This document shows, piece by piece, positions 52,526 through 64,000 of a stretch of DNA of 64,000 nucleotides. Made by a program: the position numbers and the translations under genes. Positions within the stretch are counted from its first letter, which is position 1, and each line of letters opens with the position of its first letter. Origin of the DNA: Octopus sinensis (lineage: Eukaryota); the NCBI RefSeq assembly GCF_006345805.1, contig NC_043005.1, forward strand, positions 108,190,001 through 108,254,000, read 5' to 3'. Under the pieces are notes generated by a model. The model was not told the origin of the DNA. It searched no databases and worked only from the letters and a program-made list of their open reading frames with translations.

Positions 52526-55500
52526 TAATAATAATAATAATAATGATAATAATAATAATAATAATAATGTCGTCCATGTGAACTAGTCTCAGATCCAAGA
52601 TTACCAGATGAACAAAGGTATATTTATTTATTCTCAATTCTCCAACACCAGCTTCGTACTATATACACGATCATTCCATTGCACTAATTACACTGGGTTG
52701 ATAAAATGTATCGTTTGTAATGCGCTCATTCAAAAATGATGCTTGCAAAAACAGGAATGGACTTTCCAAATACACAGAAAAATTTCAAACTTATAATTGC
52801 AATGAGATAAATGTAAAAAATATATATAATAAAAGTGGGGGAAATGCCAAATTGAATGACTAACAAAATCATTTTTGTAAACTAGAAAAATTGATATTTT
52901 TTTAGTATTGCAAATCAAAAATATATAAATAGACACAGGTCAGCTTTCAGTAAAAGAAAAGTGCAAAAGAGGTATGTTACAAGAAAGAGAACCTCCTTAC
53001 CTGAAATTACGAATTTAGATATGCTTTACGATGTTCATATGTACCCGACTTTGAATATCGATATACGTACATATATATAATTGTGGAGACCAGCTACGTT
53101 TCAGTGAAGATATCTGAGCATAAAACCCATTCACTGATGGATGTTTTACACTCAGAAATTTTTATTTGAAAAACTGTACTTTATTCAACTTACTTTTAAA
53201 TTCAAATATTTAAACCACTAAGCTACTGAAACGAGAGACTGTTTTGGGATGTTTTCTAAGGCTACTAATTGCACAGATGTCCATGCCAATAAATAACACC
53301 TGAGTTATACTTGCTGTATGTGCACTGTCACGAATGTTACATTTCAGTCAAGAGTTTTTTAATATAAATTTTTAACTGAATACTCTTCGTTTATGGTTTT
53401 GACACCTGGGAAATTTTTCACGCAACATAACATAGAAAACTCAGCACATAATGGACTCATTTATGACTTCAATAATGCAAGAAATACTGATTTCAAATTT
53501 TGGTACAAGGCCAGTAATGCTGCAAGAGGGCTTATGTCGATTACATCGACACCCAGTGCTCATCTAGTACTCATTTTATCGAACCAGAAAGGATGAAAGG
53601 CAAAATCCATTCTTAATGTAAGGACTAGTGAAATTCCACTCAGCATTTTTCCTGGTGTGTTAACATTTCTACCAGCTTGCAGCCTTATCAATGCAAGCAA
53701 TATTGACAGTGAGTTTAAATTTTTATCTTGTGAGCAAAAACATCAATGTCAGTCTAGACCAGATTCTAATGCTGGATATCGGGCAAGGGAGCAAAACAAC
53801 TAACATGAAGTTTCTGCTGTTCAGCTAGAGGTTGTTATTTTTAATACTGTTATAGAAAGGAGATCAGTGGAGGCTCTCTTGAGATCTAACTGCAGTTGTT
53901 AATAAATGTTTGACAGAAATAATACGTTATACTAGATGATATTGCTGATATGCTTGCTTTAGAGAAAATAATATATAGAAAGCATAATTTAATGAATGAC
54001 CACCAACGTACTACCACCATCAATCTAACAGATTTTCAATAATAATTGCTGTCAAAAAACCCAACTGCATTGTGGCAGTTTGTTCTCACTGCTTTGATTC
54101 TGGTTTCAAATTCTGTTAAGGTTGATACATTGCCTTCCGTCATTCGAATATTGATAAATAATACCTATTTCTTTATTACCCACAAGGGGCCAAACACAGA
54201 AGGNNNNNNNNNNNNNNNNNNNNNNNNNNNNNNNNNNNNNNNNNNNNNNNNNNNNNNNNNNNNNNNNNNNNNNNNNNNNNNNNNNNNNNNNNNNNNNNNN
54301 NNNACTGCTCATATCCTACGCAAATACTCTCTATGTAATCCCAAGGTTTAAAACAAACTTTATTTTATTTATTTATTTATTTATTTATTTTATGATTGAT
54401 TGATTGATTCTATTAGTTCAGCTCTATAATAATATTTTTTTTATATTTATGTATAGAACATTCACTAGTACAACACCAAAAAAAAAAAACCCAAATATAT
54501 GACACAGAACTTCCAACCTGTTGTCTCTTGAGGTCTCTGGTGAGACTTGGAGCCAACTTGTACAGACATAAAGCAAAAGTCAAACATAGAATAGTAATAA
54601 TAATAATAATAATAATGATAATAATAATAATAATAATAATGTCGTCCATGTGAACTAGTCTCAGATCCAAGATTACCAGATGAACAAAGGTATATTTATT
54701 TATTCTCAATTCTCCAACACCAGCTTCGTACTATATACACGATCATTCCATTGCACTAATTACACTGGGTTGATAAAATGTATCGTTTGTAATGCGCTCA
54801 TTCAAAAATGATGCTTGCAAAAACAGGAATGGACTTTCCAAATACACAGAAAAATTTCAAACTTATAATTGCAATGAGATAAATGTAAAAAATATATATA
54901 ATAAAAGTGGGGGAAATGCCAAATTGAATGACTAACAAAATCATTTTTGTAAACTAGAAAAATTGATATTTTTTTAGTATTGCAAATCAAAAATATATAA
55001 ATAGACACAGGTCAGCTTTCAGTAAAAGAAAAGTGCAAAAGAGGTATGTTACAAGAAAGAGAACCTCCTTACCTGAAATTACGAATTTAGATATGCTTTA
55101 CGATGTTCATATGTACCCGACTTTGAATATCGATATACGTACATATATATAATTGTGGAGACCAGCTACGTTTCAGTGAAGATATCTGAGCATAAAACCC
55201 ATTCACTGATGGATGTTTTACACTCAGAAATTTTTATTTGAAAAACTGTACTTTATTCAACTTACTTTTAAATTCAAATATTTAAACCACTAAGCTACTG
55301 AAACGAGAGACTGTTTTGGGATGTTTTCTAAGGCTACTAATTGCACAGATGTCCATGCCAATAAATAACACCTGAGTTATACTTGCTGTATGTGCACTGT
55401 CACGAATGTTACATTTCAGTCAAGAGTTTTTTAATATAAATTTTTAACTGAATACTCTTCGTTTATGGTTTTGACACCTGGGAAATTTTTCACGCAACAT

Positions 55501-56275
55501 AACATAGAAAACTCAGCACATAATGGACTCATTTATGACTTCAATAATGCAAGAAATACTGATTTCAAATTTTGGTACAAGGCCAGTAATGCTGCAAGAG
55601 GGCTTATGTCGATTACATCGACACCCAGTGCTCATCTAGTACTCATTTTATCGAACCAGAAAGGATGAAAGGCAAAATCCATTCTTAATGTAAGGACTAG
55701 TGAAATTCCACTCAGCATTTTTCCTGGTGTGTTAACATTTCTACCAGCTTGCAGCCTTATCAATGCAAGCAATATTGACAGTGAGTTTAAATTTTTATCT
55801 TGTGAGCAAAAACATCAATGTCAGTCTAGACCAGATTCTAATGCTGGATATCGGGCAAGGGAGCAAAACAACTAACATGAAGTTTCTTCTGCTGTTCAGC
55901 TAGAGGTTGTTATTTTTATACTGTTATAGAAAGGAGATCAGTGGAGGCTCTCTTGAGATCTAACTGCAGTTGTTAATAAATTTTTGACAGAAATAATACT
56001 TTAACTAGATGATATTGCTGATATGCTTGCTTTAGAGAAAAAATAATAGATAAGCATAATTTAATGAATGACCACCAACGTACTACCACCATCAATCTAA
56101 CCGATTTTCATAAAATTGCTGTCAAAAAACCCAACTGCATTGTGGCAGTTTTGTTTCTCACTGCTTTGATTCTGGTTTCAAATTCTGTTAAGGTTGATAC
56201 ATTGCTTCCGTCATTCGAATATTGATAAATAAATACCTATTTCTTTATTACCCACAAGGGGCCAAACACAGAAGG
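52230..56275. repeat. ~1.97-kb direct duplication (52230-54203, 54304-56275) around a 100-N gap; probable assembly artefact
   Basis: Near-identical copies ending and starting exactly at the gap; differences cluster near the gap. Confidence 0.85.
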
Positions 56276-56460
56276 AACAGACAAACGGATTAAGTCGATT
56301 ATATCGACCCCAGTGCGTAACTGGTACTTATTTAATCGACCCCGAAAGGATGAAAGGCATAGTCGACCTCGGCGGAATTTGAACTCAGAATGTAGCAGCA
56401 GAAGAAATACCACAAAGCATTTCGCCCAGCGTGCTAAGGTCCCTGCCAGCTCGCCGCCTT
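56236..56460 (-). mobile_element. SINE family B
   Basis: Homologous to 6505-6742. Confidence 0.85.
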
Positions 56461-56476
56461 AAGAACAGTAATGCCG

Positions 56477-56516
56477 TTCCCATGCCGAGAATCGAACCCG
56501 GGCCGCCTGGGTGAAA
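56477..56516 (-). pseudogene. 3' half of tRNA-Glu(TTC), 5' half missing
   Basis: TTTCACCCAGGCGGCCCGGGTTCGATTCTCGGCATGGGAA: anticodon loop, variable loop, T arm, acceptor 3' strand; no D arm, no CCA. Confidence 0.8.
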
Positions 56517-56706
56517 GCAAAATAAATACCAGTGTTTTACTTCCTCTCAATATGATTGATTATATCCCTCCACCGAAACTTCGTGTATAAATATGTATGT
56601 TAATGAATGGATATTAAATTGTTTTACTGACTTGAATGCTCCTGTGGAAATAAGGCATTCACTAATCAAGTGTGACAATGCATGTGTACATATCCTACAA
56701 GCCTAG

Positions 56707-56975
56707 GCGTGGAGGCATATGGCCTAGTGGCTAGAGCAGCGGACTCGTGGGTTCGAATCTCAGACCGGGCGATATGTGTGTTTATGAGCGAAACACCTAA
56801 GCTCCACGCGGCTCCAGCAGAAGGTAATGGCGAATTTCTGCTGACTCTTTCACCACAACTTTCTCTCACTCTTACCCCATACATCTTGCAGCTCACTTGC
56901 GACGGACCGGCGTCCTGTCCAGGTGGAAACCGGGAAACCGGCCCTTATGAGCCAGGCATGGCTCGAGAAGGAACA
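56707..56975 (+). mobile_element. tRNA-headed SINE family E
   Basis: Head ggaggc..tggcctagtggctagagcagcggac; related copy 61785-61972 (-) and partial copy 21282-21440. Confidence 0.75.
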
Positions 56976-57533
56976 AACAAAAAAAAGCCTAGGCAGATTT
57001 ATTTTGAGAAAGACTGGCAGTTGTCCATGCATGCAAGTTTCCTTCCCCGCACCACCAGTGTTCATCCATGCAAACACAGGCTGGCACCATTCATCATAGG
57101 AATTGCTGTTATAATGCAAAGTGCATAACAGCTTCCTCGCCCGAGTCTCTAACAGTTCTGTCATCAACCAGCCTGGATTGGCATTGTTTTATGGACCCTG
57201 AGACAATGAAAAGCAAAATTTACCTTATCAGGATTTGATCTCAGAACACAGAGAGTTAGAAAAAATAGCATGAGGGATTCTTACAACACCGCCAATTTCT
57301 ACTGGTTGAATAAGTTTTCTAGATGTGATGTCAGTGTCAATGAACTGAACGACATACATGACACTCATATTTTATATATTTTGTAGCATTCACCTGATAA
57401 TTAGAAGAGTAGTGCTTACCTACACATTGAAATGATTTAGTAACATGGTGGACTTAGCTAGTAAAAGTTAAATGATCTGACCATGGATTCAGTACCATTT
57501 TACTTGCAAGATACCAAAAATGTCGGCACTTAC

Positions 57534-57558
57534 CAAAATGTTGACAAGTAGACATTCT
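57534..57558 (-). CDS. Candidate 25-nt exon (-ECLLVNIL)
   Basis: Acceptor gactggttttag, donor TTG|gtaagt; frame chosen for chain compatibility. Confidence 0.3.
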
Positions 57559-58180
57559 CTAAAACCAGTCATTTTTTATTTATTCAACTTTTATAGCAAG
57601 CATCGATATTCTGAAACTAGTAAAGATTCTTCTATAGATTGTGGGAGAAAGGGTCGACTGAAAAAGACAGGGCTGAAAAAAATAAATAAAAAGAGTAAGT
57701 ACATAAGAAAACCTCAGTTACTAACAAGAAAATCTGATATCTTTGTTTAAAAAATGAATAGAAAAAATCAACAATAGCAAACAGAAAATATATACGTTTC
57801 TGTTTTCTAGATATTCTGAAATGTTTTTAGTAAGAAATATGAGACATAAAACACAAAAATATTTTTAAAAATAACAAAACAAAAAGCACAACCCTCAGAT
57901 CTGTCTACAAATGGAAAATTCTGAATTGTTTAAGTCCGGCCCCCCTCCCCCCTATACAGCCATACTTCCAAACCAATCTAGTGTTCTTTTTGAAAATATA
58001 TCGAAAAAATCAGTAGAAAGAAAGGAAAAAAAAGAATCAAAATAAAATAAAGAAAAGAAGAATGAATAAAATCAAGATATATCAAGAAATGAAGAATAAA
58101 ATGGATGAAATGAAGATGTGTAAAGAGGGAATGAGTGAAATACTCTACGAAAAGAAAGAAAGAAAGAAAGAAAGAAGAAA

Positions 58181-58213
<33 letters not shown>

Positions 58214-58421
58214 GAATGAACAAAAGAGAAAGAAAGGAATAAAGGAGAAATAAGAAGGATAGAGAAGGCCAGAAAGGTAGAAAGAATAGTTAAAAGATAG
58301 CCAGAAAAGATGGCACAAAGAAAAGTCAATGCATTAGGATTCTAACAGAAAATGGCAGAATAGATAAAATGGTTTCTGGAATTTTTGTTGTCTTCTTACA
58401 TTTTCTTCCAATTCCTTTTAC

Positions 58422-58453
58422 AATTTTGTCCACATCACAAATCTTCCTTCTCC
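58422..58453 (-). CDS. Candidate exon (GEGRFVMWTK-); alternative end 58400 in another frame
   Basis: Acceptor ttgtatctccag; donors gtaaaa or gtaaga. Confidence 0.3.
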
Positions 58454-58574
58454 CTGGAGATACAATTTTACCAGATTTACCATCGTACAATGCATGAACA
58501 TAGAGAAATACAAATATATACATAACCATATAAATACATACATACATACATACATACATACATACATACATACA

Positions 58575-58610
<36 letters not shown>

Positions 58611-59007
58611 TATATATGTATATATAATTATACATACATATAAACACAAATACGCAGAGATAGATAGACAGATATATATATATACACGTACACATATACA
58701 TATTCATATATATATATGTATATATCTTTAAAGTGTGTACGTGTGTATACATATATATTATATACATATACATATTCATATATATATATGTATATATCTT
58801 TAAAGTGTGTACGTGTGTATACATATATATACATATACATATTCATATATATATATGTATATATCTTTAAAGTGTGTACGTGTGTATACATACATACATA
58901 TATATATACGCATACACACACACACATATTTTAAAGGGTCCACTAGAAGGTGCAACATGTTAACGTATGTTTTGAATACAGTAGAAAAGTTCCACATTAT
59001 TACATAC

Positions 59008-59063
59008 CTCTGTTTGACAAAGTTCGACAACTGCTTTCATGCTCCACCCCACCATCCGATAGA
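59008..59063 (-). CDS. Candidate 56-nt exon (-YRMVGWSMKAVVELCQTE)
   Basis: Acceptor ttttgaattctgttatatag, donor GAG|gtatgt; two frames open. Confidence 0.45.
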
Positions 59064-59353
59064 CTATATAACAGAATTCAAAATATCATGTAGAAGCGAA
59101 TGAACACAGAAAGCATAACTGGTATTTTATGCTTTATAAAATGTACCCCCGTTTCTGTAAGCTGGCTGTCTCCATTATTCTATAGAGTTAAATTATTTCC
59201 TCAGCATCATAAACAAATACTTTTCTGAAACACATAAAGCACAAAATATTAATTATGTTTTCTGTTTTCATTATCTATCTATCTATTTATTTATCTGTCT
59301 ATCTGTATGTCTGTTTATCAGTCTCTCTTTCTCTCTCTCCCTCTCTCACTAGC

Positions 59354-59394
<41 letters not shown>

Positions 59395-59584
59395 GGGAGT
59401 ATAACTCCAAACTTACAGGGAAAAATTCAATTTAGTATTAAATCAAATTTCACAATATAAATATAATATACATAAATTAGAGAAAAACCATCATTACGTA
59501 ATACTATATGGTGTGATTTAAGTGTATCATTGTTTGAATTAATAATAGTGGTTTTTCTCTAATTTATATATATATATATATATT

Positions 59585-59649
<65 letters not shown>

Positions 59650-59871
59650 CACACACATATATAATATATATATATATACTACAAAATTAGAGAATGGAGA
59701 AATATACTTAATCAGTAAAACATCAACTATCCGATGATACTCAATCCATACTTTAATACACCATTACATATGAGTAAAGGCAATACATAAATGAATGAGA
59801 TATACAGTAATAGTAAAAAGATAAAGAGATATAAGTAAAAATTTTCAAATATAATATGCAAATAAATCAAA

Positions 59872-59986
59872 ACTGACAGCTGTTTTTCGGCATGAGGACA
59901 GTCATACCTCATTTAAAACCTATAAGCCATAAAGGTAGTATAAATGAGGCATTAACAAGGATGCCCCACGGCCTCTTCAGAGAATT
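59872..59986 (-). ncRNA. Hammerhead-like relic with long stem II insertion
   Basis: CTGAAGA-GGC c GTGGGG..CCTCAT GCC-GAAAAA-CAGCTG-TC-AG; two extra A, weak stem I. Confidence 0.4.
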
Positions 59987-60324
59987 AAATTAAATTTGTT
60001 ATAATAGTGCAAAAATATTATACAATCATATACATATAAATATAAAAATATAAAAATGTTAAAATATAAAAACTTATACATCATAATGCTACACTTATAT
60101 AATATAATACACATTTGACAAAAAAGGAAGGTAAACAAAACAAAATAAAACCAAATATATAATAGTGTATATATTATATCAATAGTACCGATATTATACA
60201 TATTTGGCTAATATTTTTTTTATATATATCAAAAAAAGGCTAACATATATGGAGATGAAAATAATAATTAAATCCGTGGTACCGTTCATAAGATTCTAAA
60301 GCTATAAAAGTTAAATAAATTACT

Positions 60325-60390
<66 letters not shown>

Positions 60391-60501
60391 TATAATAAAA
60401 AATAGATACAGTTAAGTTAGCACCAAGTCCATCCTTACAGATCGAAATAACTATATAACTATATAACTATATATATATATACATATATATATATACATAA
60501 C

Positions 60502-60551
<50 letters not shown>

Positions 60552-60969
60552 ACATATATATATATATGCGTGTATGTATGTGTGACTGTGTGCGTGTGTG
60601 TTTGCTTGGCTGTAGCCGCACTTAAAATTTTATAAACATACGAGAGAACATGAGTTAATTACTTTTTGGAACATCTCGAAATACACACACATAAAGCTAT
60701 AAGTAAAAGCATGTAAATATAATGTTGGGTCAAAAAACCGTTTACGCAAAAGCTGCCCGATCTTAGGACACAAACCCTCATCTCCTGTAGACAGAACAGA
60801 AGTTCTACCATTGTACCAATACCTTTAGCAATATAGAATCCTTCATTTCACACGTTATGACAACGTCTATGTTTATAACATTTACATACACCTATGTGCA
60901 TTTATACAAACATACATCATACACACGTAATTATATGCATGTGTGTGTGTGTATGTATATATGTATATA

Positions 60970-61007
<38 letters not shown>

Positions 61008-61105
61008 GATTTAATAAATAAAATATATGCATACATACATATATTACGTACCTACATCCATGTATATATACATGTATATATATCTATATATATATATAGA
61101 TATAT

Positions 61106-61139
<34 letters not shown>

Positions 61140-61142
<3 letters not shown>

Positions 61143-61770
61143 GAGTACAGGACACCACAAATAGACGTAGAACTCAACGACAAACGAAAACATAAAAACA
61201 AACATGGAAACGGACTTTTTTTTAACAACGAAAAAACAGAGTACAAGACAAACAATACAAGGAATATTCCCCTTCATCAGCTGTCCCTGGTTCGACTCCA
61301 TGCGTGTTTCGAAGTTAAGGACAGAACACGAGCCGCCGAACCAGTCCTTCTTGAAAAAGAATTAAATAAAATTCCTTTGCAGAGGGGTAAAAACAAGGAA
61401 AGAAAAAAATGTAACAAGAACAGGACGTAAAAGCAATACAAATAAAAATACAAATAAAATACAAATACAAAATAAAAATACTATATAAAAAATACAGTAT
61501 ACATAAAGAATAAAAACAGGACAAGGAAACCAACATTGAGAGCCTTTTTTTAAGCCTAGACGATGGAAAAATTCAGAGCGCAAGAAAAAAGCCATGTTGG
61601 CTTGTAGAAGGCAGCGAGTGAAAGGAAGTTGGTCGACTCAGCAGTGAGAGAGATGAGGAGGAGTGAGAGAAAGAGAGATAGAGAGGAAAGGAAACGAGAA
61701 AGGGTGAAAAATAAGAAGGAGAGAGACAGGCAAAGAGGAAGACAGATAGGAAGGAAGGAAAGGTCAAGCA
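61140..61770 (-). mobile_element. Probable PLE-type terminal-repeat fragment next to (TA)n
   Basis: Same architecture as 33810-34100 (purine-rich tract, isolated CTGATGA); no coding remnant. Confidence 0.35.
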
Positions 61771-62061
61771 TACATATATATACCATTGTGACCGAACAGG
61801 CCAACAGAAGAAATAGTGAAAGTTGTAGCGAAAGAGTACAGCAGAGACCGCCACCACTCCCTGCTTTATGTGTTTTCGCTTAATAAACACTCACAACGCC
61901 CGGTCTGGGAATCGAAACCGTGAAACTACGTCCACTAGTCCTATGCCCTAATCACTGGGCCATTGCGCCTCCATATATATATATATATATATGTGTGTGT
62001 GTATAAATATGTATATATATGTATGTGTAAATATATATATATATATATATACACACACACT

Positions 62062-62099
<38 letters not shown>

Positions 62100-62138
62100 A
62101 TATATACATATTATATATATATATATTTATATAGATAT

Positions 62139-62207
<69 letters not shown>

Positions 62208-62310
62208 GTATATATGAAATATATACATATATATATATATGGTATATATATAATATATATATATTATATATATATATATAATAATATATATAATATATAA
62301 AAAATAGAAT

Positions 62311-62440
62311 ATTTTTTTCCTTTAGAATGACATAATTTTTAAAGAAATATATATTTCGCATTTAGCTTTTCAAATTTCTTGAAAAGCTAAATGCGAACCG
62401 GTCTTTCTTTAAAAATTATGTCATTATAAAGGAAAAAAAT
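62311..62440. repeat. 130-bp hairpin-forming inverted repeat
   Basis: Inner 19-bp perfect stem 62355-62373/62379-62397; outer 37-bp stem with 1 mismatch. Confidence 0.9.
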
Positions 62441-62620
62441 TTTTTTTAAAAAATTTTCTAATATTCTTCAGACATATTGACGCAAATATATATATTTTTT
62501 AACATTTAAGCCTTCTGTCGTTTTTTCACTCTTTGCTATTTTTTATATATTCACCCACGTGCTTTCATAAACCAACTTTCTTATTATAATATATATATAT
62601 ATAATATATATATTATATAT

Positions 62621-62688
<68 letters not shown>

Positions 62689-63248
62689 ATTTATTACACC
62701 TACATATATATACATATTTACACACACATATATATATATATATAAAGTTTCTTCCAGAGACACATATATATTCTTTTCTACACTAAGCACAAGGCTCAAT
62801 TTTTTTGTGGGAGGGAAAGGGGCCAGTCAATTAGATAGACCCAAGTATGCAACAGGTACGTAATTTATCGACTCCGAAAGGATGAAAGGCAAAGTCGACC
62901 TCGGCGGAATTTAAACTCAGAATGTAATGGCAGACGAATAGACGTATATATATTACAAACATATAATCAATAGTCATGTATCATACTATTATATACTATT
63001 TACATACTTCCATAGTTAGTTTCCTTTACATTCATTCATAAAATGTGTATATTATACATAAATGCAAATCTATGTATCAATCAATCACTTACTCAGTCGG
63101 TCAATCAATCACTGTAACTATCTCACTATCCATATATTGTTCCCTCACACAATCTATTCGTCCTTGTAAACATTTACTTGGCAGTGTATGTCTATCTAGA
63201 TATAGATAGAAGTATATCTATCTATCTATCTATCTATCTATCTCTATC

Positions 63249-63372
<124 letters not shown>

Positions 63373-64000
63373 GAAGGAAGGTTTGAAAATGCAATTTTAA
63401 AAGATGTTTATTTACTTTCCCGGTTTCACTCTTTGGAAAAAGATTGTCAAAAGTAACATGTAAAAGTTTGGTTGCGTTAATTATTGGTTGTTACAAAATG
63501 CTACATTACATATATACAGTCTTTGGTAACAAGGACATGTTAAGGAAATAAAAAAGTTTAACAAGTTCCTTAAAATATTGGGCACAAAAGATTACAACAT
63601 AAATATACATTCTCAAGAAAATGTTAAAGATTGTTTCCAGAAGTTCAGAGGGATATTGGTATTGTAAACCACATAGACACATCTATTCACACCACATATG
63701 TAACACACACACGCACACACACACACACACTCTCGAACCATTCTGACCTCTAAAGACCAATCCCCAAAATCATTAATAGGCAATAAAAATAATAGAACCC
63801 ACGTAGTTCCATGGTTAATAGTGATTATTGCGGGACAACTTGGTAAAGCAAACTTAATACCAAACTTGATTAGAAAGTTCTAATGACTCCGAAGACCATC
63901 AAGCAATACCAGAACTGAATTTAAAGGCAACAAATTGATGAGAGGGCAGTAGAAGGTTTAGTCATTATATTTGTTGAATGAAATCTTATCTTAGAGCTGG

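Noticed and set aside
60765-60825. tRNA-like sequence on the minus strand
   Set aside because: Too degenerate to fold or assign; probably an old SINE head
61255-61330. Minus-strand GAAA...TC...CTGATGA (type II hammerhead order)
   Set aside because: Stems I and II do not pair in the required register
62445-62485. Minus-strand CTGAAGA...GAAA
   Set aside because: No stem I pairing; likely chance in AT-rich DNA

Overview
AT-rich, repeat-dominated animal genomic DNA. It is very probably an octopus; this is inferred from the SINE/LINE families and the extreme (TA)n/(TAA)n/(ATCT)n load, with no database search run. No long intact gene is visible. The window holds short candidate exons of unidentified genes on both strands, several tRNA-headed SINE families, and fragments of RTE, CR1/L2-type, R4/Dong and mariner elements. 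It also holds a 5'-truncated Penelope-like element (PLE) with a GIY-YIG endonuclease, a 100-N gap flanked by a probable false 2-kb duplication, and about nine local inverted repeats. The strongest unexplained signal is a set of type I hammerhead ribozyme (HHR) motifs in (TA)n-embedded PLE-type terminal repeats. There are two canonical HHRs in a 376-bp palindrome (22219-22594) and three minimal HHRs in an inverted-plus-tandem locus that predicts a 415-nt self-excised RNA (48811-49770). At least seven further variant or decayed motifs from other families are present. Nearly all ORFs in the supplied track are microsatellite artefacts.
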